DNA from: Lytechinus pictus
Taxonomy: Eukaryota
Direction of reading: 5' to 3'
NCBI RefSeq assembly: GCF_037042905.1
Contig: NC_087263.1
Span: 8,992,001-9,056,000, forward strand
Length of the DNA stretch: 64,000 nt
Of the stretch, positions 12,735-23,450 are shown in pieces. Numbering within the stretch: position 1 is the first letter of the stretch; each line of letters starts with the position of its first letter. Made by a program: the position numbers and the translations under genes. Under the pieces are notes generated by a model. The model had not been told where the DNA came from. It worked only from the letters and a program-made list of their open reading frames with translations, and made no database searches.

Positions 12735-13172
12735 TTGAAACTATCTTGTATATAATAAACAGTGGAACAAATTAAAATGAGAAAATAATAGATGCGTAAC
12801 TTCACTTAAGGTCCCTCAGAGCTGTCATCCATGCTGAATCAAAGGTTGAAAAAATGCCTCCGCCTGGAATCTAACCCAGGTCCCCGGCTCTGAACGCCAA
12901 TGCCTGAACCACTAGACCACGTAGGTGGGCCAGCCGTTAGGCGAGATCGATAAACCGGCAGGTAAATTTCAAACCTTTTTATTGATTCTTTGTTTTTCGG
13001 TGCAGATGAGTTGATGAACAATGAGTAGCCGCGTGCCGAAGTTGGGTTCGATTCCCGGCGGAGGCATTTTTTTTTTCAACTTTTGATTCAGAATGGACCT
13101 TGAGTGAAGCTATGCATCTATTGTTCTCTCATTTTCATTTGTTTCACTGTTTATTATTAACAATAGTTCAAA
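12735..13172. mobile_element. Fold-back element containing a tRNA-like unit
   Basis: Arms at about 12735-12878 and 13041-13172 are imperfect reverse complements; each includes a tRNA T-arm/acceptor end followed by oligo-T. Confidence 0.75.
12855..12926 (-). pseudogene. tRNA-like cloverleaf (Glu-like D/T arms, anticodon reads TCA), probably repeat-borne
   Basis: Minus strand ACCTACG TG GTCT AGTGGTTC AGGC A TTGGC GTTCAGA GCCGG GGAC CTGGG TTAGATT CCAGG CGGAGGC A then T6. Mismatches in acceptor stem and T arm. Confidence 0.6.
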
Positions 13173-13275
13173 GTTACTATAGTTTAAATTCAAACTAGAA
13201 AATCAGCACTCGTGAGATCAGTCACTAAACAAGCACTGTAAGTGCTAAATTAGCGCTTCATTTTTTTTTATAGTT

Positions 13276-13349
<74 letters not shown>

Positions 13350-13350
13350 T
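13276..13350. repeat. (TA)n microsatellite at the 3' boundary of the Penelope-like element
   Basis: Direct observation. Confidence 0.95.
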
Positions 13351-16040
13351 GATAATCAAACTAAATGAAGAATAGTCCAAGAATGCTCAAATATTCCACT
13401 TTAACTAGTTTCGTCTTTAATTCTTCAGAAAGTGAAATATTGATTCACAACAAATTCATACAAAAATTGCGCTCTAGCGCCATATACTAAGCATGTATAC
13501 GCTGATGAGATGCGTTGCGTAGCAACGGAATCATTATGTTATCATCATTACGTAATTTACGTCATAATCTAAAATGCTATGATCAAAAGACGTAATTTAC
13601 GTCATAATCTGAAGCGCTATGATCAAAAGATATTTCATTATAATTTACACCCATTAAAAGAATCAATGGTTAGTCCATTTCCATTTTTATTCTTTATGAA
13701 TAATATAGTTAAGGCCTATTCAACTCCGGCTGAAATATGTCAATGAAATGTTTCTCTTTTATTTTACGTTCGTTTTCATTGTCTGTTTTTAATTTGTAAA
13801 AAGGTATAACATGAAATTCTGGAGTTATTCCTTTTGCACATATTGATATGTGTTTACTTACATTAAGAATTTGATATTTTTTCTCTCTTATGTGTTGACG
13901 GTGGAGGGTCATTCTATTCCTCAAAATACCTCCTGTTTCTCCAATATATTTTTTTCCACATCCGTTACAGGTCATGCAATAAATCAAGTTCCGAGATGTG
14001 CATGAAAATGAATCTTTAATTTGAATGTTTTTTTATTATCATTGTTTTTTAATTTTAACTTATCGGTAGTATGGGCACGTTTTACATCGTTTATGATCAC
14101 ATTTTTTCGTCCCTCCTTGTGATTTGTCTAACGATGCTTTTGTCAAAATTTTCTTCAAGTTAGGAGCTTGTCTTTTGCTTGCAACATAATTAGTTTTATC
14201 AAATACCCTTTTAAGGTTAGCATCATTATTCAAAAGGGACATTGACCGTTTTATAGAATTTGAAAAGTCTCCATTATTCGGATTATATGTAGAAACGAAA
14301 ACAATATTATCTAATTTATCAATCTTCTTCTTTGTTTGTCTTAGAATTTTTTATTCTATAGAACGTGCTTTCTGTATGCCAACTTCGATAAGTTCCTTTG
14401 GATATTTCCGAAGGATAAGCATTGATTCTAATTCTTTTAATCTTTTTTCTCTAATTTCTTCATTAGACACAATTGTACAAATTCTTCTTGCCAGATTATA
14501 TGGAACATTTCTTTTTGTGTGTCGTGGATGACAAGAGTTGAAGTGCAAATATTGATGCGTGTCTGTAATCTTATAATATATATCTGTTTCCAATTTACCA
14601 CTTTTCTTTTTAACATTTATATCCAAGAAAGAAATGGTTTCTCCTGAAATATCTATTTTGAACTTGATATCTTCATGAATATTTTGAAGTATATTATAGA
14701 AAGCTTGAACATCACCAAACTCTTTTTTCCATATAATAAAACAGTCATCCAAATACTTAAACCAATTTTCTTCCACATATAATCTGGCGTTGTGCGAAAT
14801 GATTTCTTCTACTTTCTTATATAGTTGCTTTTCCAAAATTCCGAGAAACAGGTTTGCGTATGTATGGGGCCATTTTTGTGCCCATTGCTGTTCCTTTGAT
14901 TTGTTTATAAAAGTTACCATTGCATTCGAGTATGTTGTTTTTCAAAATTAAGTCAATGGCATCTAAAATAAATTCTTTAGTTATCCTGGGATTTAGATCT
15001 TCAGGATATGTTTCCAACCAATATCGAATAGCATCTAATCCCACTTGATGATCAATATTGGTATAAAGGCTGTTGACATCAAAAGTAACCAATAAACTAC
15101 TATCATCAATATTTTCTGGTAGATGATTAAAAAAATCAACACTATTTCTAATATAACTTTTCACATGTTTCAAGTAAGGTTTTAGCACAACATCGATCAA
15201 ATTACTAAGACGATGAGTTGGGCATACTGGTCCAGCAACTATTGGTCTCATTTTTAAGTCTACATCAGTACCACATTGAACGTAAGAGCTTTTCTGCTGC
15301 AAAATATTTTCTTTAATACGTTCACTTTCGTGTATTTTTGGTAAACCATAAAAATAACTAGTTTTGTACTCAAAGTTTATGATGTACGCCTTTTCTTTTT
15401 TTGTGAAAATATTTTCATGTTTTTTAACCAAGTCTTGTATTTTTTTCATGGTTCCAGTATCCTCATTTTGGGATAGTTTCTGGTATGTTTCTTTTTTATG
15501 GTCATTCATTTTCGAAATATAAAAATCCCTTTTCATCAAGACAAAAGCGCCTCCCTTATCTGCTTGTTTGATGATGATATCATCATCTTCTACCAATTTT
15601 TGGAGGGCATCAGATTCTGTTGTAGACAAGTTATTTTTACGTTGATAGCCGTTATTTTCAGATTTATAATTGTCACTAAATGTTTTTAGAAAATCAATAT
15701 ATTTCTCGAGTTTGATTTCTATTTCGTTCTGGTTGGAAATTACTTTTTCCTTTAACGATACTCTCATCCTTTATATTTTTATCTGCAAAGTATTCTTTCA
15801 ATCTTAATTTCCTACAAAAATCATTGACATCTCTTTTTAATTCATTATTATATCTCTCTCGAACTGTTGTAAATTTAGCGCCCTTTTTCAAAATATTGAT
15901 TTCATCATCTGATAGCTCTCGATCACATAAATGTATTATCACTGGTTGATTGTAATAATCTTCTAAACATTCAAATGTATTGTAGTGTTCTTCTAGGTTG
16001 ATAGAAATTTGATTTGAATTACCGAGTCCATATATGGTTT
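13351..16040 (-). mobile_element. Penelope-like retroelement (RT + C-terminal GIY-YIG endonuclease), decayed
   Basis: ORF pieces 15942-15694, 15767-14817, 14920-14351, 14242-14060 and 13987-13709 carry IKQADKGG, FYGLPKIH, RPIV, FDVNSLYTNI, GTAMGTKMAP, KYLDD, FLD, HQYLHFNSCHPRH, a CxxxxCxxC linker (CDHKRCKTC) and IYCMTCNGCGKKYIGETG...HRQH. Three frameshifts and one in-frame TAA. Confidence 0.95.
13391..13440 (-). ncRNA. Minimal type I hammerhead ribozyme motif in the Penelope 3' terminal region
   Basis: ATATTTCACTTT-CTGAAGA-ATTAAAGAC-GAAA-CTAG-TT-AAAGTGGAATAT: 12-bp stem I (one G-U), canonical core, palindromic stem III; stem II is degenerate. Confidence 0.75.
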
Positions 16041-16433
16041 ATATGTATTTATAAAACATATATATCTTATATAGTTTCATCGGATTCTTATATATTCAAT
16101 GAGCAAAGAAAAATACCAAAACATCCAAGGTTTTTTTTTTCTTCTTTCTTTCTTTCTTCTTTTTCTTCTTCTTCTTCTTGTTTTTCTTTTTCATCACATT
16201 CTTCCTCCTCTTTTTTATTCTTTTCCTTATCTGTTTTTTTTTTTTTGTCTTTCCTAGATTTGTCCAAAAAACGAAATTTAAGATCAAACTTCTTACCCAG
16301 TATGCTTCAGAAATACACGGTTTTAAGCTTTTCATTATTGCCAGTTCTTTTATCCTACTCCCCTCTCTTTTCATCTTCTTTAATTAGTGGTAAACCTAGC
16401 AAACATGGGAGTACCCGCCTCACTCAATTCAGG

Positions 16434-17096
16434 ATGAAGCGGTCCTCTCCCATGGAACCCAAAGGACAGAACTTCAGCGTCCACGAGAAACTCCTGCTCC
16501 TAGATCTGATCTCCAAACATGGTCGCCAGCTCGTAGAAGAGAACGACACCTTGTCCATATTCCGTCGCTCCCGCATCTGGCGCATCGTCTTTGCGGAGTT
16601 CAATCACCACCATTCCGTCACCCAAAGAACGGAGAAGCAGCTTCGGCTTCTTTGGAAGAACCTGAAGGCGAGGTGCAAGCGGGAGTTTCGCCTCAATGCC
16701 AGCAAGTACAACTCTCCTGGGTATGTCATAACAGATCCGCTTCTGAGGAAGATGAGTACCCTGATCGGAACAGATGGCGATGCTCCTGCTCCAAGCATAG
16801 GCCGAAGACTTACCCATGAGAGTGGGAGGGTATGGCCTCAACCATGTTCAGTGAATTTTGATCGAACCAATATGGCCGCACCCACCCGAGATTCCATTCA
16901 CCTAACAGGAACTACGAGTGATTCAAGTCAGGGTCATACATCGACTACTCATAGAGTTACAGCTGAGCAAAGTAGGTCTGGGGAAATTTCCAAGGAACTT
17001 GCTGTCAGCAGGAGGAAGAAGGCCATACCAAGAAAAGCTTCAGAGTCGGTGAAAGCGGAAGTGATAGAGATTGAAGATGATGTCGTTAAAATTGAA
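16434..17096 (+). CDS. Myb/SANT-like DNA-binding domain protein (MSANTD-type), first identifiable coding exon
   Basis: NFSVHEKLLLLDLI...W..V..EFN...RTEKQLRLLWKNLKARCKRE matches the MSANTD pattern. Acceptor TAG at 16385-16387 after a pyrimidine tract; donor GAA|GTGAGT, phase 0. The true start could lie in an upstream exon. Confidence 0.85.
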
Positions 17097-17496
17097 GTGA
17101 GTATATCTGTAAACTTTTGTCTTTCTCTCTCTCTTTGCTATCTATCTTAAGACGTTGAGGACCTGTTGATGATTGAAGGAACCCATGGCAATTAAGGAGG
17201 CACTTGAAGACACAGTGGAGACTTCCAGATGAATAATCACCCTTTTCTGATGAAATCACGAAGAGGTAACCAAGATATGTCTCCTTGGTGGGAGCGTACA
17301 TGCATTGCTTAGTTCCAAGAGTCTTGATTTTTTACTCAATTAGGGTCAAACAGTGATAAATTAATTTTTGTGAAAAAGTGTATCGAGTTGGCTCAAGAAA
17401 AGCCCCAAAGTAATATAATGTCCACAAGTTTTGATTAACATTTCGTAACAATTCAAGTGTAAATTGAAGGTGTTTGATCATTTCTCATTTATCTAG

Positions 17497-17559
17497 GAAT
17501 CCGAGGATATTTCAGAACGTTTCTATGAGGGCATTCCTGAAAATGGCTCGAACAACCAG
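17497..17559 (+). CDS. MSANTD-type gene, coding exon 2 (ESEDISERFYEGIPENGSNNQ)
   Basis: ATCTAG| acceptor, CAG|GTATGT donor, 63 nt, phase 0-0, open frame. Confidence 0.75.
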
Positions 17560-18012
17560 GTATGTATAGTAGAACTAGGACTTTAGCATTCGACGACTTC
17601 TTGCTGTTTTAGCGAGATTACTCGTTTATGACTGACATAATCTTTATAATTAATATCTGAGATAGCATGAAATGGAATGCCAAAATCTTCCCCGTCATTC
17701 ATCCTTATCAATAAAAAGGAAGTGTTGAAATAACATTTTAATTACATTTACCCATACCGACATACTGACAAGCTCATTTCGGCCCATTACTAAACCAAAG
17801 CAACGTTTACAAACCGCCAAAGCGATGGGTTTACGATCGAAAGAACAACTGGCACCAAAAGAGTCAAACTAGAGAACCGTATATACAATATATTAAAATC
17901 AGATCAGGTCAAGAACCAGAATTGAAGTGTGGCACTTTATGAAGATATTTGGCTGTGATTCTAAAGTCTTGGATGTAATAAGCATTGTTTGTTTTCAAAC
18001 TATATGTTATAG

Positions 18013-18426
18013 CAGGAGAGCGACAGCGGTTGGCTTGAAGACCCTCCCGGGCCGTCATCCGACGCGTCCAAAACGTATCTTCAGGAGGAACTCTCATCTG
18101 TTGGTCCTGGACCGGAACCAACCCTCGAGACTGTCCCACGTGAGACAATTCCCCAGAACAACCTCCATCACCACATGCCAATCCGCACGCGGAAACCACT
18201 CCTGATCCAAAGTCAACTCCACGGACCATCTGAACCTGATGATTATTTTGAAACTCTGGGTGGTGGAAGGGGCGAGGGCTCCCTACTCAATGATCATCGG
18301 CAAAGTCACCATGCAGATCTCGAAGTTACAGACAGCAGGGAATGCAGCCCTCTTGAAAAGGAGATGTTGGTCATGGCGAGGAAGGAGCACGAAATGAAAA
18401 TGTCCACGATGTTACTGAAAAGAAAG
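18013..18426 (+). CDS. MSANTD-type gene, coding exon 3
   Basis: TAG|CAG tandem acceptor; open frame continuing into ORF 18175; AAG|GTAAGC donor; start of a coiled-coil-like segment. Confidence 0.8.
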
Positions 18427-19363
18427 GTAAGCATATATACTGTTCTTGGTGCTGCCTTATGACACACATTGTTAATAACAGCTCAAAGCAAGTGTTAAAT
18501 GCTTTCTCTAACGATTTAGTTCAAACCTAAGACTTGTGAGGTAACTAGTTTCAGATAGTAATGCTTTTGAAAGGGCAACAGATACAACTTTTACTTAAGT
18601 ATTTTTTTTTGCAGAACAGGGACAACGTCACATTCTCCTTTCACAACCACTATTTTCTCATGAATTCAAAGGGCGTATGCTGGGGGTTCACTGGATGCAA
18701 GTGTATCCTTCCGCTGAGGTAGAGGTGCTCCGACTCTGGCATGCAAAACGAAACTTGTACCCTTTCTTCTGCTTTCAACAGCTGATTTTCCCAACTTTAG
18801 TACCACCTCCCCAAGATGTGCACCCCCATACCATTTAAGTTCCACCTTCCATGCTCAAACCAGCCTACGCCCTTGGAATTATATTCATTATGCCCGAAAT
18901 TTAGATTGATATAACATTGGACATACGAATTAGAGTGAATTATTTAGCCTGCATGCTTTTCACCAATTTATCCCATTTAACCATAATGACGGGATAGCTA
19001 TCAAAGGCAGAGTGCCAAAGCCATTTTGAATAGCATTACTTTGAATCCAAACTTGCTGATGATTCTTGGTACTTACCCATAATTCAATGTTTTGATCATT
19101 TAAATGAAATCTTATAATATGCATTCTGGGAATGACTTATAAATTTCTCATTGTTTTCCTTATTTTCATTTCAAGTCATGTTATCAATGTGCGTTTAGCA
19201 TTCCTGTTTCAAAGAATATCAAATGGCCATCGTAATTTGGGTAAAATTTAATTGTATTGAGATACCGGATTGCTCTTGAAAGAGCGATGATAGTTTATTT
19301 TACATGGTTACCCTGTATGCTTTAAAGAAAACAAATAGATTATTTGGGTATTTTTCTCTCCAG

Positions 19364-19516
19364 CAAATCATGCAGATCAAGCGTCGCGAACACCTAGCGA
19401 AGATGGAGAACTACAAAATGACCAAGGAGATACTACGGCTCAAGAAACGGAAATACGAACTTGAAATCAGGAACGGTCTTTACCTTGAAGGAGTAGAAGA
19501 TGAGCTCGATTCTTAA
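19364..19516 (+). CDS. MSANTD-type gene, last coding exon (coiled-coil-like)
   Basis: TTTTTCTCTCCAG| acceptor; QIMQIKRREHLAKMENYKMTKEILRLKKRKYELE...DS*. Confidence 0.8.
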   Translation, partial: QIMQIKRREHLAKMENYKMTKEILRLKKRKYELEIRNGLYLEGVEDELDS

Positions 19517-19550
19517 TGTTTGGGGAGTATTTGTAGATTACATTCACCAT

Positions 19551-19718
19551 GGGGGGTGTTTCATGAAAGTTGTCAGCACTGACTAAATTTTCGGTGCTGA
19601 CAATTTCAGTGAAATCCTTGGTTTTGAATGGCTGTTAGGCACTTGCCTCTGACTGTTACTATGGTAACTGTCGGAGAAAACCAACTTGTCAGTGCTGACA
19701 ACTTTCATGAAACGCTCC
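19551..19718. mobile_element. Short palindromic MITE family with GGGG(A/C)G(C/T)GTTTCAT termini
   Basis: TIR GTTTCATGAAAGTTGTCAGCACTGAC / GTCAGTGCTGACAACTTTCATGAAAC. Related or partial copies near 21300-21433, 53022-53148, 61987-62128 and 62427-62553. Confidence 0.75.
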
Positions 19719-19770
19719 ATGTCCTGCGAAGATGAACTTTTTTGCAATCAAGATAGTAAAAGCTCAGATA

Positions 19771-19991
19771 CACTGCAAAAAATACTGGTGTTAATTTAAC
19801 ACCAGCTCGGTATCTATGAAAGAAAACACCTGAGAGGTGTTGAAACAGCACCACTTCGGCTTTAGGCTAACACCAGATAGGCATAAAACACTAATCAGTG
19901 TTAGACCAATCGATTTGATTCTAAACTGGTGTTGTTTCGACACTTTTCTGGTGTTTTCCGATATAGATACCGGGCTGGTGTTTTTGTAGTG
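19771..19991. mobile_element. MITE family CACTGCAAAAA...TTTTTG(C/T)AGTG
   Basis: Palindromic, about 220-240 bp; further copies at 23726-23968, 34686-34921 and 55697-55922; TA flanks on some copies. Confidence 0.85.
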
Positions 19992-21598
19992 TAGTAGGGC
20001 GTGAGTTTGATCGAGATTAGAAGTCCAACTCGAGAATAAGTAGATTGTTCTGATCATGTCCTGTCAAGACATGGGTAAACCTTTCAAGTACCACGCCATC
20101 TGCAATGAAGGTATGGAGGTTCAGAAAGTAGGGCGCCCTCTTTATCCATGCGATGTCGTGGGTTTGATCCAGATTATATAGAAGTCCAACTAAATGTATC
20201 GAGAGTATTTGTTGCACTTACCATGATTGTCTAGTTTTCTCATGGGCTTTTCTTCAAAGCACCAACCCCATCTACAAACAAGATGTGAAGGGAAATATAG
20301 TAGGGTGCCTTCTCCATCAGCGCGATGTCGCACTCTTTACCGGCCGAGTACTACTTTTAAAATAGGTAAACATTGAAATTATTCTTGCCATTTAACCCCA
20401 ATTAGATTGGTATTTTGGAGGCTGGAGAGGAATAAAACTCGTAAACTGCTATTTTTGGTAGACGCTGACCTAAGAATTTATTTATTTATTTATTGAATGT
20501 ACAATAAAATAAACGCGGTATCAGATTTTCTTTTCTATTCTATAGTTTTGAAATGTAATTATCTCTATGTTTCTTTTCTTTTTGTTATTTTCTCATGTTT
20601 TTCGATGAAAATCGTTGGCAGAACCAAGAACAAATAACGTGACATAATTCATAATTGACAAAAATTGTCATGAATAATAGTAAAAAGAATGACACATTTA
20701 TGAATATTGGCCCCATTTGCGATTGATTTGTAGCAAATCACGTTTTTGAGCAATATTTTGGATCTTACATGCTCTGCAAAATGTTTCGTGATTTTAGAAC
20801 GCCATACGTGGTCTCAAAATTTTCGCGGTATCTGAAGGGAAAAAACTCATGAGACGCATCGCGGCGTTAGCTTTTAAGTTTCTGACTTAACACGAAATGT
20901 GTTGAGTGAATGAGGGGAGGGGTTTCGGCTTTAAAGATAGGGCCTACAGTGGAAGATAATTATTAATAGAAGCTTAATAGTTGCATACGCAACACACTGA
21001 AAACAAAACCCGTAAGAGAGCCTACTCTTGGTAGCCAAGACCAGGTAAAGTTTCATATTACTGTAATCAATATAATTTATTCGATATCGTGGCTAGCTGC
21101 TGATGTCAGATTTTAGATGATCATAATTTAAATTTAATTTAAATTTTGTTTGTTCTTTAGTATATCATTATCATTTTGTCTATGCATTTTGTTAGATTTT
21201 GTTGATAGATATTGTGAGAATTTTGTGATATGATATTAATATTTATTGTGATCACGGCCCGAATTTCGCTGCCTGATGGGGAGCGTAACATTGACATTTT
21301 TGTCCGACAATTCAGATTTGATATCTTTCATAGATTTTGATTGGCTAAGAGGCACTGTTGCTATGGTAACTTTCAGATAAAATGAGATTTGTCGGATAAA
21401 ACATCCGACAAATCCTTTCATGAAATGCTCCCCTGCGTTCCTTGTACGATGAAGATGGTCGAATTTTCATACATCTTCATCTATTTATCAGTATGAATTA
21501 TTTGTCAAGCTTTCTGTATTCTGTTCTTTCCTTCCGTATCTTCTGTCATAGAGATACAGCTACCTGAGATTCTTTTCCCACTCTGCAACAACGCCATA

Positions 21599-22297
21599 TA
21601 CGAGGGGCGACTGAAAAGTTTTGAGCCTAACATAAGACACGAAGACCACATTTGGTCCTTAACATTTCTGTATCAGGTGTCTCACGAAAAATTGACAAAC
21701 CTGAATATCGTCATCAAGCTTCTGCAGCTGAAAGGCATGACCCCAGCTGAGATGTAACCTATCCAGTTTTTTGGAAGAGTTATGGATGAGACTTGGGTTC
21801 CTCATTATCACCATGAGACCTAAGATTTGTTAAAACAATGGAAACATCCTGTTTCTGTTTATGGTGACTCCCGTAGGAACTCGGCAGGACAGCATTTTGC
21901 TGGTAAACGCCAAGCTGGTGTATAACCAATTTACCTAGGAAACGTTTTACGTCTAGGTTAATCAGTCATAGTGGCTGACCTTATAGACGACAGATATTAC
22001 TCTTGGGCCTTTTTATCAAAGTGGAGACAATGGCAGAGTGGGGGTTCGAACTCACAACCTTGCGATTATGAGTCCAATGCTCTAACCGCTGGACCACACG
22101 TTTTTTTTTCATTGGAAAAAATCAATTTTTCATTGGAAAATATACAGGATCCTGTAAACTCAGATTCAATATATGGGTATGACCAAGAGAATTGTTTGGT
22201 AGGTTAAAAGAATGTGACAGATTTCATGGACCAAATTTGGTCTTCATACTTTAATCATTTTTATGTAGGGCTCAAAACTTTCCAGTTGCCCCGCGTA
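21599..22297 (+). mobile_element. Internally deleted mariner transposon relic with a nested SINE
   Basis: TIR TACGAGGGGCGACTGAAAAGTTTTGAGCC / GGCTCAAAACTTTCCAGTTGCCCCGCGTA. Transposase remnants IVIKLLQLKGMTPAE and DETWVPHYHHET...KQWKH. Confidence 0.8.
21850..22100 (-). mobile_element. tRNA-derived SINE (Met/CAT-like head)
   Basis: Minus strand GTGGTCCAGCGGTTAGAGCATTGGACTCATAATCGCAAGGTTGTGAGTTCGAACCCC followed by about 180 bp of body. Confidence 0.7.
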
Positions 22298-23066
22298 TGG
22301 TTATAACTATAGGCGATGATTTCGTGGGAGTTTGGACCATAGGGGGGGGGGCGAGACGACCCTCTTCCCTGTAGGCTGCTGTACAAAACCTGAAAATCGA
22401 GTCGACTAGAAATGATTGTGATTCCGTCGACACGTTGAAAAGGGTGATACAAAGAAAAGAATATGACAACTTTGTGATGAGTATTAAACAAACTAAAGTG
22501 GTAAGTCATATTGATCTTGCGCTACGTCTGTCCTTGCTGAATCTATCTCTCACACAGTGCAATTCACAGATTTTGTAAAGATAAGTAATTAAGGTCATTT
22601 GGAGGTATTCATTTCAGTCGATCAAAATAGGTTCATATAACAACTAGAGCAGCTTCTCTCAAATGACCTTCCTTTTTTTTAATTATATCGGTACTCAATT
22701 AGGTTTTTAAAGATGTTATGTAAGCTTGCCTGGCATACCAATCAGTGATATTCAACTCTTAGCTTGTCACCTTGTCTATGCAGTAATTATTAGACTAATA
22801 AAATAATTGTTGCATATACAAGGTGACATCGTATGCACTTAAATTGGTAGACTTTCGAAACTCTTTGTATTTTTCAACTTGTATTTATATTTATGAGATA
22901 TTTTGTGTTGTACATATAACTTATTCATGTATGTAGGTTCTGTGATAAAATACGCCTCGTTTCAATTAGAAGTTGTAATTTGCAGTAAGTTGTGTTTATG
23001 TATTAGCTGTATTACGATAGGCATAAAGGGGAGAGGTGAGGGCTCTGGGGGCTTGGGGTAGTCACG

Positions 23067-23450
23067 GGGTTACACGACATTTGCTCCTACGATAATTGCT
23101 CTGGGTGCCGTTTCATAAAGCTGTTCGTAAGTTAAGAGCGACTTTAAGAACGACTGGTGATCCTTTCTTCCGCGCTAAACCATCGTCAATTCAATATACA
23201 ACTTACCGCAAGAAGGGATCACCAGTCGTTCTTAAAGTCGCTCTTAACTTACGAACATCTTTATGAAACGCCCACCTGGGCTTAATTTCGTCTATGATGT
23301 AGAGTTAGGGTTGCAATAGGGTTTTATGTCAGGTTAAGGGTTATGTTTAGGGTGGGGTATAGTGTTAAACCCAGGGTTGAAGTTGGTCATTCGATTCGTG
23401 TGTGGAATTTAGAGCGGAGCAATTGTCGCCGGAGCAAATGTCGTGGAACC
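23067..23450. mobile_element. MITE with a nested palindromic MITE (23103-23274)
   Basis: Outer TIR GGGTTACACGACATTTGCTCC / GGAGCAAATGTCGTGGAACCC. Inner palindrome CGTTTCATAAAG...CTTTATGAAACG also occurs near 63420-63580. Confidence 0.8.

Noticed and set aside
13500..13535. CTGATGA followed by hairpin CGTTGC/GCAACG on the + strand, as a hammerhead
   Set aside because: Followed by GAAT rather than GAAA, no stem I or III, and antisense to the element.
14351..14353. In-frame stop in the Penelope ORF as possible selenocysteine recoding
   Set aside because: The codon is TAA, not TGA; a simple nonsense mutation.
16014..16433. N-terminal 140 aa of the 378-aa ORF
   Set aside because: It runs mostly through the Penelope end and a pyrimidine tract upstream of the acceptor at 16387; low-complexity F/S sequence. 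Only 16388-16433 could be exonic.
17151..17265. Possible extra MSANTD exon (AG...GAG|GTAAC)
   Set aside because: The phase-0 frame hits TGA after five codons and the other frames also contain stops.
22030..22100. Functional tRNA-Met gene
   Set aside because: Anticodon and acceptor stems pair poorly and the sequence continues into a SINE-like body.
23300..23360. TTAGGG-like hexamers as interstitial telomere
   Set aside because: Only a few degenerate units, all inside a MITE.
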